From Thermoproteota archaeon (GTDB taxonomy: Archaea > Thermoproteota > Thermoprotei > Thermofilales > B9-G17), in the NCBI GenBank assembly GCA_029258885.1, contig JAPDJW010000002.1, positions 32,001 to 96,000 on the forward strand: 64,000 bases of DNA, given 5' to 3'. Each line of letters begins with the position of its first letter. The first letter of the stretch is position 1. Below the pieces are notes generated by a model. It saw only the letters and a list, made by a program, of their open reading frames with translations, was not told where the DNA came from and did not search any database. Made by a program: the position numbers and the translations under genes. Shown here in pieces: positions 48,972 through 59,139 of this stretch.

Positions 48972-50839
48972 TAGGGTAGGAGCCAGGCTGCTTTACCTAC
49001 TAGCTTTAGAACCATGACTAATGTACCTAGGATATTGTCTCCGAGGAGGAATCCCATTACGAGATAAGGTGCAGTTTTGCTCCATTTATCTCTTCCGAGT
49101 TTTCTAGCTATTAGCTTGCTTCCTATAAATGAACCTACGAATTGAGCTATGACGTATGTTGGTAGTTGAAGAATTCCAGATATTAATGCTATAGGTATGA
49201 AAGGCTTCTTTAGTATGAAATCGCATATAAGGTAAAGTACTCCGCCTGATATTATGCCTGATGTTATCCAATCTATTCTAAACATGTATCCTGTCCATAG
49301 CCACTTTTGGAATCGCCAGAAATCTAGCGCTTCAACAGGCCATCCTGTAATTGTGTATGGGTAGGCGTAGGATGGTATTGGAGCAACGTACCAGAATATG
49401 GATACGTATACAAAGCTCATTAGAAGACCCAGGAACGTTACTAGAATGTATGCTTTTATGTAATCGCTCATCCTACATTTAACTATCTCAGCCATTTTTA
49501 GATGCTGAGCTACACCTGAGCCTCCAGTATAGACTTGTATTGGAGCATACCAAGCATCTAGCCCCTTGTATCCGCTGAAGTATATTAGGAGTTCCTTCAA
49601 GTAAGGTATGTTTAGTGCAAGTGTTACTCCTGCAGCGTATGTTTGAAGTAGTGTCGCTATAAACGACCAGCCGATGACTAGTAGCAATAGAATCCATACG
49701 GGGAATGACGGTACTAGAATATATACTAGAGTAACCGTGCCTATAGCTGATATTAGGAACATGGCTAAGTATACCTCTCCCCTAGCTTCACCCCTCTCCT
49801 TTAACCTCGAGATTATCGAGAACGTTTTAATGACATCCCTATAGTGGACTACCATTGGAACTAGTGCCACCGATACTCCCAGACCTATTGCAAGGCTTAG
49901 CCAGAAGTATAGCTGTGATTTACTGTATATCCACATCCACCCGTATCCAGGCTTCCACGTAGCCTCAGCAGGCCACATGTTACGGGATGTTATTATATTA
50001 TTTCCAACGATGTAGGTAGCTATCATTCCTATGAGCTGTATGAAACATACGTCAAGCGGAAGTATGAAACCAATTACATATAGGTCAAAATCCGACGGTA
50101 CTACTAGCAGTCCGCCCGGTGCATTTAGATCCATTAGATAGGTTAAGTCTATCGGTTGCTTAGTTGGTATCTCCACCCCCAATATAAATGGTAGGAATAC
50201 TGCTAGAAAATTGTACAGTATTCCTGCAAGCATAGATAGGAAAAATATTCTAAGCTCCTCCACCCTCTCTTCAGCTATCGTCTCTATTATCTTTGCTTGA
50301 GCTGAAGCCCATGGAAACTCTAGCCTAGCTACCACGCCGTAGAGGTTATAGGAGAATATCCCCAGCGATATATTTGCTATTACCGAGAAAACCACCGATA
50401 GTATTAGGATTATTATTGGCAGGGTCCATGCAGGATCTAGGAATGTTCTATTATGAAGTATTCTTATTGCATCCGATCCGATTGGCGAGAAGAAAAAGGG
50501 GACTTGCCCAGATATGTCGAACATTATGGCTATCTCGCTGTTAGCATAGTATAGCTTTTTGATTAGGTCTAGGAAGTACCATGCTCCTCCCCAGAGTCCA
50601 ATCCATTCAAACGCCATTATTATGAATATCTCCTGCCTTGTTAGTTTCGCCCCCAATAACGCTGCTAACTCGTTCCAGAGCAGTATTATCATCCAGACGG
50701 ATAACGGCAATCCTGAGATTCCGGAGACAAGGTAGTAGTAGATTACGGCTGGCTGTATGACTATGATTGCAAAGATTAACGCTAGGAAAGATCTCCAGGT
50801 TAAGCCGGATTTATATTCAACATCAATTCTACTGCTCAA
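48968..50839 (-). CDS. OPT-superfamily oligopeptide/oligosaccharide transporter-like protein 1
   Basis: GLTWRSFLAL, LTRQEI, RLEFPW, many TM helices, LGRDKW. Confidence 0.75.
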   Translation of the reverse strand: MSSRIDVEYKSGLTWRSFLALIFAIIVIQPAVIYYYLVSGISGLPLSVWMIILLWNELAALLGAKLTRQEIFIIMAFEWIGLWGGAWYFLDLIKKLYYANSEIAIMFDISGQVPFFFSPIGSDAIRILHNRTFLDPAWTLPIIILILSVVFSVIANISLGIFSYNLYGVVARLEFPWASAQAKIIETIAEERVEELRIFFLSMLAGILYNFLAVFLPFILGVEIPTKQPIDLTYLMDLNAPGGLLVVPSDFDLYVIGFILPLDVCFIQLIGMIATYIVGNNIITSRNMWPAEATWKPGYGWMWIYSKSQLYFWLSLAIGLGVSVALVPMVVHYRDVIKTFSIISRLKERGEARGEVYLAMFLISAIGTVTLVYILVPSFPVWILLLLVIGWSFIATLLQTYAAGVTLALNIPYLKELLIYFSGYKGLDAWYAPIQVYTGGSGVAQHLKMAEIVKCRMSDYIKAYILVTFLGLLMSFVYVSIFWYVAPIPSYAYPYTITGWPVEALDFWRFQKWLWTGYMFRIDWITSGIISGGVLYLICDFILKKPFIPIALISGILQLPTYVIAQFVGSFIGSKLIARKLGRDKWSKTAPYLVMGFLLGDNILGTLVMVLKLVGKAAWLLPY

Positions 50840-53800
50840 ACCTCTTCACACCTCTTCTCACATATTCATCTTTAAGATTTGGCTTAAGGGATCTCCAGAT
50901 TAGGAACTGCTTCCTAATTTCCCGGAAGAATGCAGAGTTAGAAGATATCCAGGGCAAATCCGGCCCACTTTCCCTAACGACAAGTGCCTCAAAGACGTAT
51001 ACCTTACCGATCCTTCTTGCAATTAGGTTGAAGTCCTGAATTATCCCCTGATCAAAGGGTGCCAGCCTCATCCTTACCGACATTATCTTTACATCCTCCT
51101 TAGCAGTTGATCTAACGCTGTAGTTAAAGCCTCCATCTATGTAGAATAGGCCTACCCTCTCTATTGAGTGAGCTTCCAAGTACTCCCTAATGAACTCGAA
51201 GACCCCACACGCCTCCCTCTCGGTGGATCTGAATGGCAGCGGCAGTGACCACATGTTCCCAGTTGGTTTCGTCGTTATCTTCCATTTCCTTTCAAGTGAT
51301 GGCGTAACCAATTTCGCAGCCTTTACAGCTGGATAAACGGTTGATAAGAGGGAGAAAGCCATTGCAACGCTGGTAATTATGAGTATAGCTAGTGACGCAT
51401 AATTTGGATAAAAGCCGGCCGGATAGAGTCCCAGTTGCCATAGTGTCCATGAACCTATTACACCTGCAATATATCCTAATATTCCTCCAATGGCTGCATG
51501 AATCAATGATTCAGCTAGGAATAAACCCAAGACATGTAGTGGCGCTAGACCTATGGCGCTATATATCTTTATCTCCCTAACCCTCTCATAGACAGAGCCG
51601 AGCATAGTAATGAGAATTGTAAATGACGCTATAGTTAGTGGAACTACTATTCCTTGGGCTCCACCTATACTGTAGTATATTCTAGGCGATATCCTGTATA
51701 TTCTACCCATTATTTCGTCAGGCTTATCCTTATATCCCACGTACGCGTCCACCATTAACCGTTTGGAGAAAGCTACAGCTATATCGAGGATATCTTCACG
51801 TGAAAGCTGTCCCTTTAATTCTAGGCTTATGGCGTTTGGCTCCTGATAGAACATAATTTGAGCAAGCTTATATGGTATTATTAACACTTCATCGCCCGTT
51901 AATCTTCTCCCCATAGCTCCCTCGGATAATTGCCGTGGATCAATAGGCGTTATTGGCATGCCGTCTAGGTCTGTTACTCCCTCAGTTCCCGTCCATAGAA
52001 TATCGCCACTATATATCGCCACAATCTTTAGATGTACACCCCATATTTCAATCGTGGATCCCAGATCCACTGCTTTGCCAGTATATTTCTGTATCAATTC
52101 GGCGGTCTTTTCGCTTATTGCACATACGAATACTTGATCCTCGGTAAACCATTCTCCTCTTTCAATAATTTTATCTATGCCTAAGGCTCTTCCACCCTCG
52201 GGCGATACCGCTAATAGGGCTTTTATTGGTACGCTAGGCGATACATTCCATAAATATAGTATTTGGACGCTCTTCGGGTATATCCACGTTCTAACGCCTA
52301 CTGCAAATGAATCCCTGTAGTTTATCGAGAACTCATATACGAACTCATACGGTATTGGCCTCAATATCATCCATGGTGCTCTTTCAACAAGTATTCCTGT
52401 ATAGGGCGTAATGCCGTCGGAGCTTTTAATTGATAATGTTACCGCCGAGGAGATGGAAGTGAATGCCGTGAGCGAGAACATAGTTATTACGACTGAAGTT
52501 ATGGTTAGGAATGTTCTAAGCCTCCTTTTACGCATATTCTGTACGCCTATCGAGAGAGCTGACATGAATGCCCCTAGCCTCTCGATTTCGGCGTAGTGCT
52601 TTCCTATGAGTATTTCCCTTATCCTCTTCATGTGCGAGTACGTCTCCCCTATAGATAATACGAGCAATATTAACAGGAATATGGTTAAGGCTGTAGCTAC
52701 CGCTAGTATGAAAACGTTAGTTGCAACGTGTACGCCGGGATGGAATATTGCCAATATGAAAGCTGTAATTATGTAGATTAGGATGAAGTATATCAGCCGT
52801 TTAACCCCGTATGACATGAAGATTAGCCTCTCCATACCCATCGAGAACGGTATGGCTAGGAACATGAAGAACAGTATTGATAGTATTATCTCGTTTATCT
52901 GATCCATGGCGGATGAATACGTAGCCCTAGAGAAAGCCCAGAGGGGTATCGATAAAGTATAAACCTTCAGCATATCCTCTTTCTTCAGCGCCTCATCTAC
53001 GAGCTCCCTATATTTAACCATAAGGCCGTAGTATTCGAAGAGTCTAGCTGTCACTGCTCCCTTCTCTACTAGAATCTTTGCCCTAGATATTGCTATGTGG
53101 TAGAGGTCTCGTGAGAAGTTTATGGGTGAAAGAATTATACATTCTCCCCTCTTCAGCGTGTAGCCGTATCCTTGAGGATGCTTATCGGATGAGTTTATCA
53201 GAATTATAAGCGGATATACTTCATCCGTCCTCACTATTACCTCTGAGGGCATATTTGGCTCTATGAAAGCCATGATATCCTGTATCGCTGTTGGTATGGA
53301 TTTCGCCGTAATCTGCGGCTGTGTAAACAGCACATCCCTATGGATCAGAGGCGTATGGGAGAAGAAGTTTAGGACTTCTATGCTCCTAATGTTTATCTGA
53401 AGAGATTGCGGGTTTATGGGTTGTAGTATAGCTATTGATGCCGCCTCAAATACTGGGACTATCTTATACGCATTCGCCACCGTGAGGCTTATCTCCCTCG
53501 ATAGGCCGTAGACTCCCGTATCTGTAGCGCATATTATGGCATTATATTCCTCGTTAAAGGTATACGCTTGAACGTCAACTGTAGAGAACGGCTTTAAGCC
53601 CTTTAGCGTGAATATTCCGTTTTCATCAGGTATTGCTACTATGGTGAATCCGTTTGCCGCCCACTTGGGGTTCGGTGGATTATTATAAGCCCTGATAAAG
53701 AACACTGTATTAGGAAGACTTACATTATCATACCATGCAGTTGTAATGTTGTATTTTGCAAGTTGTATTGTTAATGTTACGTAGCCCCAGTCACTATATA

Positions 53801-55244
53801 ACTCCGCTGGATTTAGTACATAGGGTATCTCCATGTTAACGTATTCGTATAGCGCTATCCAGAGGTACTTTGCTTGAGGCTCCACGTTTTCCCACTTAAT
53901 TCTCTCATATGTATCCAGTATTGTACATTGAACAATCCTTAGAGCATTAGTTGTTACGAAGCTTAATCCTCCTCCAAAGCAGGCTGAAGTAAACGGCTCC
54001 GACTCCAAATATAGAAGTGGGGGATCCATCGGCAATGTAAGCTTTATCCAGGGCGGATAGGAATTTAATACCATATCAACTACGTGAAAATCCTCATTGA
54101 AGATGGATTTAGCTTCGTCAAGCCATGAACCGAAGAAGGTATCCATAATCCACGTATACTTCTGGTTTATTAGGGAGTCAGGGCTTACATAGCCGTATCC
54201 AAGCCCAAACACGTAGAGTCCAAGCACATCGCTATCGCTAGCCAAGTCTATGCTTAGAAAGCCCTTTATGAATACACCTAGCTTCCTGAAGTATCTACTC
54301 ACGAACTCCCTAGATCCCCATAGACCTTGATAGTGACCAGACAGGGCAACAAGCCAGACTGTTCTCTTAGGTCTATACTTGTTGAGTACTCTTGCATACT
54401 CCAGTAGGAAAGCTATTCCCAGTGCGTCGGTTGCACCGGGAGCTTTACCTAGCACATGGGAGAATGAATCGTAGTGTGCGGCTAGTACAATTATTTCACC
54501 CCTTTTAACCGGATCACTTCCCTTTATTACAGCTATTATATTGGGTACGGCTATCTTCCTCCATACGACTCTAACATTAACTCTAATTCTAACTTCGTTA
54601 CCTGTGGAAAGAAGGTTTTTCAGCATTTCTCCACTACTTGAATTAATTAGGAGACGTGGGAAGGCTACGGGTATGCTCAGGCTCTTAAGGAAGCCCTCCA
54701 TGTAGCTCGTAGTTTTAGGCTCAATGAATATTACTCCCTTTGCACCAAGCATCAGATATACCTTCCATTCCCACCCGGTATTGAACTTCGTTAATACAAA
54801 CTTGCCTCTAACGCTGGTATTTCCCAGCTCATCCAGCCTTTTAATATAGACTATACCGTCGCCCTCGGCTGGGCTTGTGTACGACGATGGATTTACATGG
54901 TTTGGATACAGCGGGTAGGCTATTATATTATATATGTGTCCGCCGTGAAGTACTTCAATGTAGGAATACTCTACTATGGGAACCGTTATGTTATAGTAAT
55001 CAAGCCTTACGTCAGCACCGTACTTTCTAAAGATTTTCTTAATATACTCCGCTGCCTTAAAGAATCCGCTATAGCCTGTCATTCTGGTGTTAAGTGATGA
55101 AAGATACTTTACGTGTTCTTTAATTTTATTAAGATTTAGGAGACTCGCCACGTCTTCAAGAGAAGCCTCGGCGTATACATGGTTTAGGCTATAGAGACTT
55201 GCAGCCAATATTGTTAGGATAAATAATGCCAAAACTTTCCTCAA
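50829..55244 (-). CDS. M28-peptidase-like ectodomain fused to FtsX/MacB-like permease modules
   Basis: R.TG..G...AA.YI, PA-like insert, AAHYDS, GATDALG, SGHYQGLWGS; NMRKRRLRTFLT, VYERVREIKIYSAIGL FtsX motifs. Confidence 0.8.
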   Translation of the reverse strand: MRKVLALFILTILAASLYSLNHVYAEASLEDVASLLNLNKIKEHVKYLSSLNTRMTGYSGFFKAAEYIKKIFRKYGADVRLDYYNITVPIVEYSYIEVLHGGHIYNIIAYPLYPNHVNPSSYTSPAEGDGIVYIKRLDELGNTSVRGKFVLTKFNTGWEWKVYLMLGAKGVIFIEPKTTSYMEGFLKSLSIPVAFPRLLINSSSGEMLKNLLSTGNEVRIRVNVRVVWRKIAVPNIIAVIKGSDPVKRGEIIVLAAHYDSFSHVLGKAPGATDALGIAFLLEYARVLNKYRPKRTVWLVALSGHYQGLWGSREFVSRYFRKLGVFIKGFLSIDLASDSDVLGLYVFGLGYGYVSPDSLINQKYTWIMDTFFGSWLDEAKSIFNEDFHVVDMVLNSYPPWIKLTLPMDPPLLYLESEPFTSACFGGGLSFVTTNALRIVQCTILDTYERIKWENVEPQAKYLWIALYEYVNMEIPYVLNPAELYSDWGYVTLTIQLAKYNITTAWYDNVSLPNTVFFIRAYNNPPNPKWAANGFTIVAIPDENGIFTLKGLKPFSTVDVQAYTFNEEYNAIICATDTGVYGLSREISLTVANAYKIVPVFEAASIAILQPINPQSLQINIRSIEVLNFFSHTPLIHRDVLFTQPQITAKSIPTAIQDIMAFIEPNMPSEVIVRTDEVYPLIILINSSDKHPQGYGYTLKRGECIILSPINFSRDLYHIAISRAKILVEKGAVTARLFEYYGLMVKYRELVDEALKKEDMLKVYTLSIPLWAFSRATYSSAMDQINEIILSILFFMFLAIPFSMGMERLIFMSYGVKRLIYFILIYIITAFILAIFHPGVHVATNVFILAVATALTIFLLILLVLSIGETYSHMKRIREILIGKHYAEIERLGAFMSALSIGVQNMRKRRLRTFLTITSVVITMFSLTAFTSISSAVTLSIKSSDGITPYTGILVERAPWMILRPIPYEFVYEFSINYRDSFAVGVRTWIYPKSVQILYLWNVSPSVPIKALLAVSPEGGRALGIDKIIERGEWFTEDQVFVCAISEKTAELIQKYTGKAVDLGSTIEIWGVHLKIVAIYSGDILWTGTEGVTDLDGMPITPIDPRQLSEGAMGRRLTGDEVLIIPYKLAQIMFYQEPNAISLELKGQLSREDILDIAVAFSKRLMVDAYVGYKDKPDEIMGRIYRISPRIYYSIGGAQGIVVPLTIASFTILITMLGSVYERVREIKIYSAIGLAPLHVLGLFLAESLIHAAIGGILGYIAGVIGSWTLWQLGLYPAGFYPNYASLAILIITSVAMAFSLLSTVYPAVKAAKLVTPSLERKWKITTKPTGNMWSLPLPFRSTEREACGVFEFIREYLEAHSIERVGLFYIDGGFNYSVRSTAKEDVKIMSVRMRLAPFDQGIIQDFNLIARRIGKVYVFEALVVRESGPDLPWISSNSAFFREIRKQFLIWRSLKPNLKDEYVRRGVKRFEQ

Positions 55245-57838
55245 GGTTTATCATCTCTTTTTAATATTTTAATCATTTCTATGAATAAAATAGTAATTGG
55301 TATAATTATTAGAGCCCCCAAGGTAATAAGGGGCATAAAACTAGGTCTCTCAGGTTGTTTTACTTCCTCCTTAACAGTATAGAGGATGATTGAGATTATG
55401 CCGTCTTCCGACTTAATGTATACGAGGTAGTAGCCTCTCGTCAAGGGCTTATATTTAACCTCATTGACCCCGGCTGTTATATTGATTTTAATTGAGCTAA
55501 TGAAGCCAGTTACTACCTCAACTATCTTTAACTCCGCCTTCCCAATATTGGTGTTTGATGACACCTTGATGGCTATGGTATTGTTTTTAGGCTGAAAGGC
55601 TATCTTGACATCGCTTCTCAGTCGAAACATCTTGCTCGGGATAACCAAGTATAGAATCCCTGTGGAGTTTGATACCTTAACTTCGAAGCCCTCGGCTAAG
55701 TCTACGTCCTTAACCTGGGACTTCCTAAAGACGTCGTAAACTGTATACTCCGTGTCTTTCAAATCGCTTAGATTCAGAAAGACGCTGTACTCCTTATTTG
55801 CTAGGTTGGTTAGTGCCTTAATTATGTATATTTCGCCGTCCCTTAACGTTCCTACCTGAAGCCCAGCGAACTCCATAATGCCATATGGTGGAAGCCTTAC
55901 GGTATTGTAGTGGTAGATGCGGTTCAATGTAGCGAGAACTATCGGCTCACCCGCTCCATAGATTTCCTGCCCTATAATTCCGTTCTTCCTAAATCCAAAC
56001 CTTAAATCTTCAATAGGTATCGTATAGTTCCTTACAATGACGCCTATATTCGGCTTCTTCTCAATAGTCTCGGGTGGCAGGAATTCAGGCAACGTATACT
56101 TTGCCACAGTATTTGAGTATTTAAAGAACTCATTAAGTAGGCTCTTTAAGTAGTCGGGCAGTTTATCTCCCACAAGCAAATAGTATTCTTTAAGCCACAG
56201 AACACTCTCATACAGCTCCTTAGCAGCTATGTAATCAACAATTCCACAGCATGGAAGTATTCCAAAGAATGTAATCCATCTATCTTCAAGCTGCCATATT
56301 GAAGCCCTCCACATGAGGTTTGCAATCATATAGTAGCTCAATTTAAGATACCTCTCTTTGCCCGTGTAGAGATATGCCTTAGCGGCAGCCACTGCAGACA
56401 TAGCTGTGATATGTGCTTCGTAGAATACCTCTAATGGAAAATCCATTAACCTATCTAAGGCTTTTAACGCCTCATTTAGGTAGGTGCTATTTCCACTTAA
56501 CTCATATGCTAGAAACATTACGTAGGAGTAAGCTCCAGCCACGTCCAGTTCCTGACCACCTGGTATCGGTTCCAGGGTATACCTGTTAAAGAACACCGGA
56601 AAAGTATAGTTTATTTTCCTTGCAAACTCTATTAAATTATCTATGCTATTGAAGAACGTTAAGTACGCATTCTGCGATCCCATAAATGCTAACTTTGCAA
56701 GCTTAGCCATGTGTCCAACTATGTACCATGAATCCTCCTTAACGCCGGGTGGATACGAGTTTGAAATCATACCCTTTGAATAGAATAGAGGTATGAGTCT
56801 GTCTAAATGGTCGTCAATCCATGATACATTACCTAAATAGGATTCATAGAGCCTTATAGCATAGCAGAGCTCTAAAACTGTTATTAGTTCTGAAGCCACA
56901 CGTGGATCTTCTACATAAGCTCTTGGAAAAATTTCCCCTCTCAAATTTACCCAACACTCGTTTTTACCTAAATCCAGCAACGCCTTCTTAGCGTAGTTAT
57001 CCCAGTTAATCTCCTCATACTTAGGCTTCTTAATTCTCTCATAGAGATTAGCGAGAGATCTTAGGTAAAAGCCTGAGACCTCAAGCTTATTATTGAAGGT
57101 TAGGTTTGGACGAATTAAAACATGATACTTATGTATAGGGATCTCACTCTCAGCTAGCTGTACGCTCTTTTCAGCAACGCACTTAAAGCCGAAGCAGCAG
57201 AAAGATTTCATGTCCCTTTTGCCCTTGTATGCTACGGTATTTTTCCATATGTGATAAGCTCCCTGCTTGAGTAGAATTTTGGAATAATATATATCCTCCA
57301 GATAAGCTACTCCCAGGGATAAGGGGGGTATATATATGCATATGTAGGGCGTCCCCATGCCAAGCTGCGGGAATATTACATTATATTCAAGCTCACCCTC
57401 ACATATTACATAGGCGTCTGGATAGATGTTCAGCTTTACACTCTTAGAAGACTTACTACTAACATAAATTGCTGAATCTATCAGGAGACTATCATTAACC
57501 AATGTAATATTAATTATCACATGATATATTACTTCGTCGACCTCGGATGATAAGTCTATTTTAATGCTGTTATTAAAACAATTATAACGGAAATTCCGTA
57601 TATGTTCCTCGCTCAAAACCGGCCTATTGTATCCTGTGGTTATACCATTTAAAACTACAACGTAATCCTCATTCCCATACCTAATAACTATACCTTTATT
57701 CTCCTTAAAATCAAATTCAATATGATAATTTCCAAGAGTTAGCTTGTTGGCAGAGATCATGAAATCCACCAAGCTAAATATTAGGAGGAGGATTATTGAA
57801 AAAGTAATTATCTCATTAAATATATCAAGCAATTCCAT
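55241..57838 (-). CDS. Membrane-anchored (alpha/alpha)-barrel glycoside hydrolase-like protein of unknown family
   Basis: N-terminal anchor, SELITVL, DSWY, ELDVAGAY...AYELSG..YL.EA helical repeats, GQEIYGAG, C-terminal TM. Confidence 0.55.
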   Translation of the reverse strand: MELLDIFNEIITFSIILLLIFSLVDFMISANKLTLGNYHIEFDFKENKGIVIRYGNEDYVVVLNGITTGYNRPVLSEEHIRNFRYNCFNNSIKIDLSSEVDEVIYHVIINITLVNDSLLIDSAIYVSSKSSKSVKLNIYPDAYVICEGELEYNVIFPQLGMGTPYICIYIPPLSLGVAYLEDIYYSKILLKQGAYHIWKNTVAYKGKRDMKSFCCFGFKCVAEKSVQLAESEIPIHKYHVLIRPNLTFNNKLEVSGFYLRSLANLYERIKKPKYEEINWDNYAKKALLDLGKNECWVNLRGEIFPRAYVEDPRVASELITVLELCYAIRLYESYLGNVSWIDDHLDRLIPLFYSKGMISNSYPPGVKEDSWYIVGHMAKLAKLAFMGSQNAYLTFFNSIDNLIEFARKINYTFPVFFNRYTLEPIPGGQELDVAGAYSYVMFLAYELSGNSTYLNEALKALDRLMDFPLEVFYEAHITAMSAVAAAKAYLYTGKERYLKLSYYMIANLMWRASIWQLEDRWITFFGILPCCGIVDYIAAKELYESVLWLKEYYLLVGDKLPDYLKSLLNEFFKYSNTVAKYTLPEFLPPETIEKKPNIGVIVRNYTIPIEDLRFGFRKNGIIGQEIYGAGEPIVLATLNRIYHYNTVRLPPYGIMEFAGLQVGTLRDGEIYIIKALTNLANKEYSVFLNLSDLKDTEYTVYDVFRKSQVKDVDLAEGFEVKVSNSTGILYLVIPSKMFRLRSDVKIAFQPKNNTIAIKVSSNTNIGKAELKIVEVVTGFISSIKINITAGVNEVKYKPLTRGYYLVYIKSEDGIISIILYTVKEEVKQPERPSFMPLITLGALIIIPITILFIEMIKILKRDDKP

Positions 57839-57842
57839 ACAC

Positions 57843-58733
57843 CTAGAAGAAGTCTGAGATCTCTGCTGTAGCTACGCATACTACTGTATCAGCTGCACCA
57901 TAGTAGACGTATACTTTCTCATCCTTCACTATAGCTCCACAGGTGAATGTTACGTTAGGTACGGCACCTACTTTTTCAAATTCCTCCTCTGGTTCAAGTA
58001 TTGGATCCTTACACCTGTATATTACTCTCCTCGGGTTCCTTAAGTCTAGTATTGCGTAGCCGAGCCTGTAGACATAGTTTTCATCTACTCCATGATATAT
58101 GAAAAGCCAGCCATCCTTCGTTTTAATGGGGGGTGCTCCTGCCCCTACTTTGAGGCTATCCCAAGAATTCTTGCGTGGCATCATAATAATGTTATTGTTG
58201 ATCCATGTCCTCAAGTTCCTGGAGTATGCTATCCAGATATGTGGATGTATCCGGTGGTACATAACGTACATGCCATTATACTTCTCTGGAAGTATTACCG
58301 CATCCTTATTGACTACTTGTGGAAAAGCCATTATCCTCCTTCCCCATCTCCACCTCCTGTTTAGGAAGTCGTCTAGCCTTATCGATGTTATGCCTATCTG
58401 AGGTATTTTACCATCATATGCGGTATAAGTCATGAATATGGTTGATCCAATTCTTGTTAAACGTGGATCCTCGCACCCCCTAGCCTCAGTGCTTAGCTTT
58501 GGCGTAAATATGGGCCTAGGAAGCCTCTCCTTTATAGTGAAGCCATCCTCTGAACACGCATATCCTAATCGTGAAACATTATCCCTTCCCATAGCCCTAT
58601 AAACTATGTGCACTAGACCTCCATCATAGATTGCACCAGCGTTGAAAACCATCTTAGATTCCCAGGAATGATTAGGCACTGGCTTTAAAATTGGATTACC
58701 GGGATATCTCTTTAACTCCATAGAATGTAACAC
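57843..58733 (-). CDS. GH130 family beta-mannoside phosphorylase/glycosidase
   Basis: VFNAGA, GCEDPRLT, NKDAVILPEK, KVGAGAPP, IYHGV, VPNVTF, YYGAAD; no signal peptide. Confidence 0.92.
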   Translation of the reverse strand: MLHSMELKRYPGNPILKPVPNHSWESKMVFNAGAIYDGGLVHIVYRAMGRDNVSRLGYACSEDGFTIKERLPRPIFTPKLSTEARGCEDPRLTRIGSTIFMTYTAYDGKIPQIGITSIRLDDFLNRRWRWGRRIMAFPQVVNKDAVILPEKYNGMYVMYHRIHPHIWIAYSRNLRTWINNNIIMMPRKNSWDSLKVGAGAPPIKTKDGWLFIYHGVDENYVYRLGYAILDLRNPRRVIYRCKDPILEPEEEFEKVGAVPNVTFTCGAIVKDEKVYVYYGAADTVVCVATAEISDFF

Positions 58734-59139
58734 CAGTAAATATAAGCTGATATCAACTTAAAAATCTTTTTGCAAAAGATAACCACCGATAGATGGTAAA
58801 TAAATGTTAAGATTCTGAAACATATTCGAATCGACAGAATCTATAATCTATATGTTAGTTTAATATTTTTTGATGTTTTTATTGAGTTTTAGGTTGTTTT
58901 GGTATGGATAGTTGTGAAATGGATAAGGCTATTAAAGAGTATGAGTAAAGGTTTTGTAAAACCTTATTTCAGCCCTTAAGCTACATCCAGCTATTTCACC
59001 TTAATTTTTCTAATTTCAGCTTTAAACTCCTCCTTTAAGTGCGTTACTTTTTCCTTAGCTTAGTTAACCTTTTGCTTACCGTCTAAGGTTTTAATCCTAA
59101 CAACTCTTTATTCAATAAATATTAATTTAAGGGTTAAAC

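Noticed and set aside
846-58401. Numerous short ORFs antisense to or nested in long genes (e.g. 6964, 9832, 13154, 21940, 24774, 32528, 46501)
   Set aside because: Shadow frames of well-supported genes
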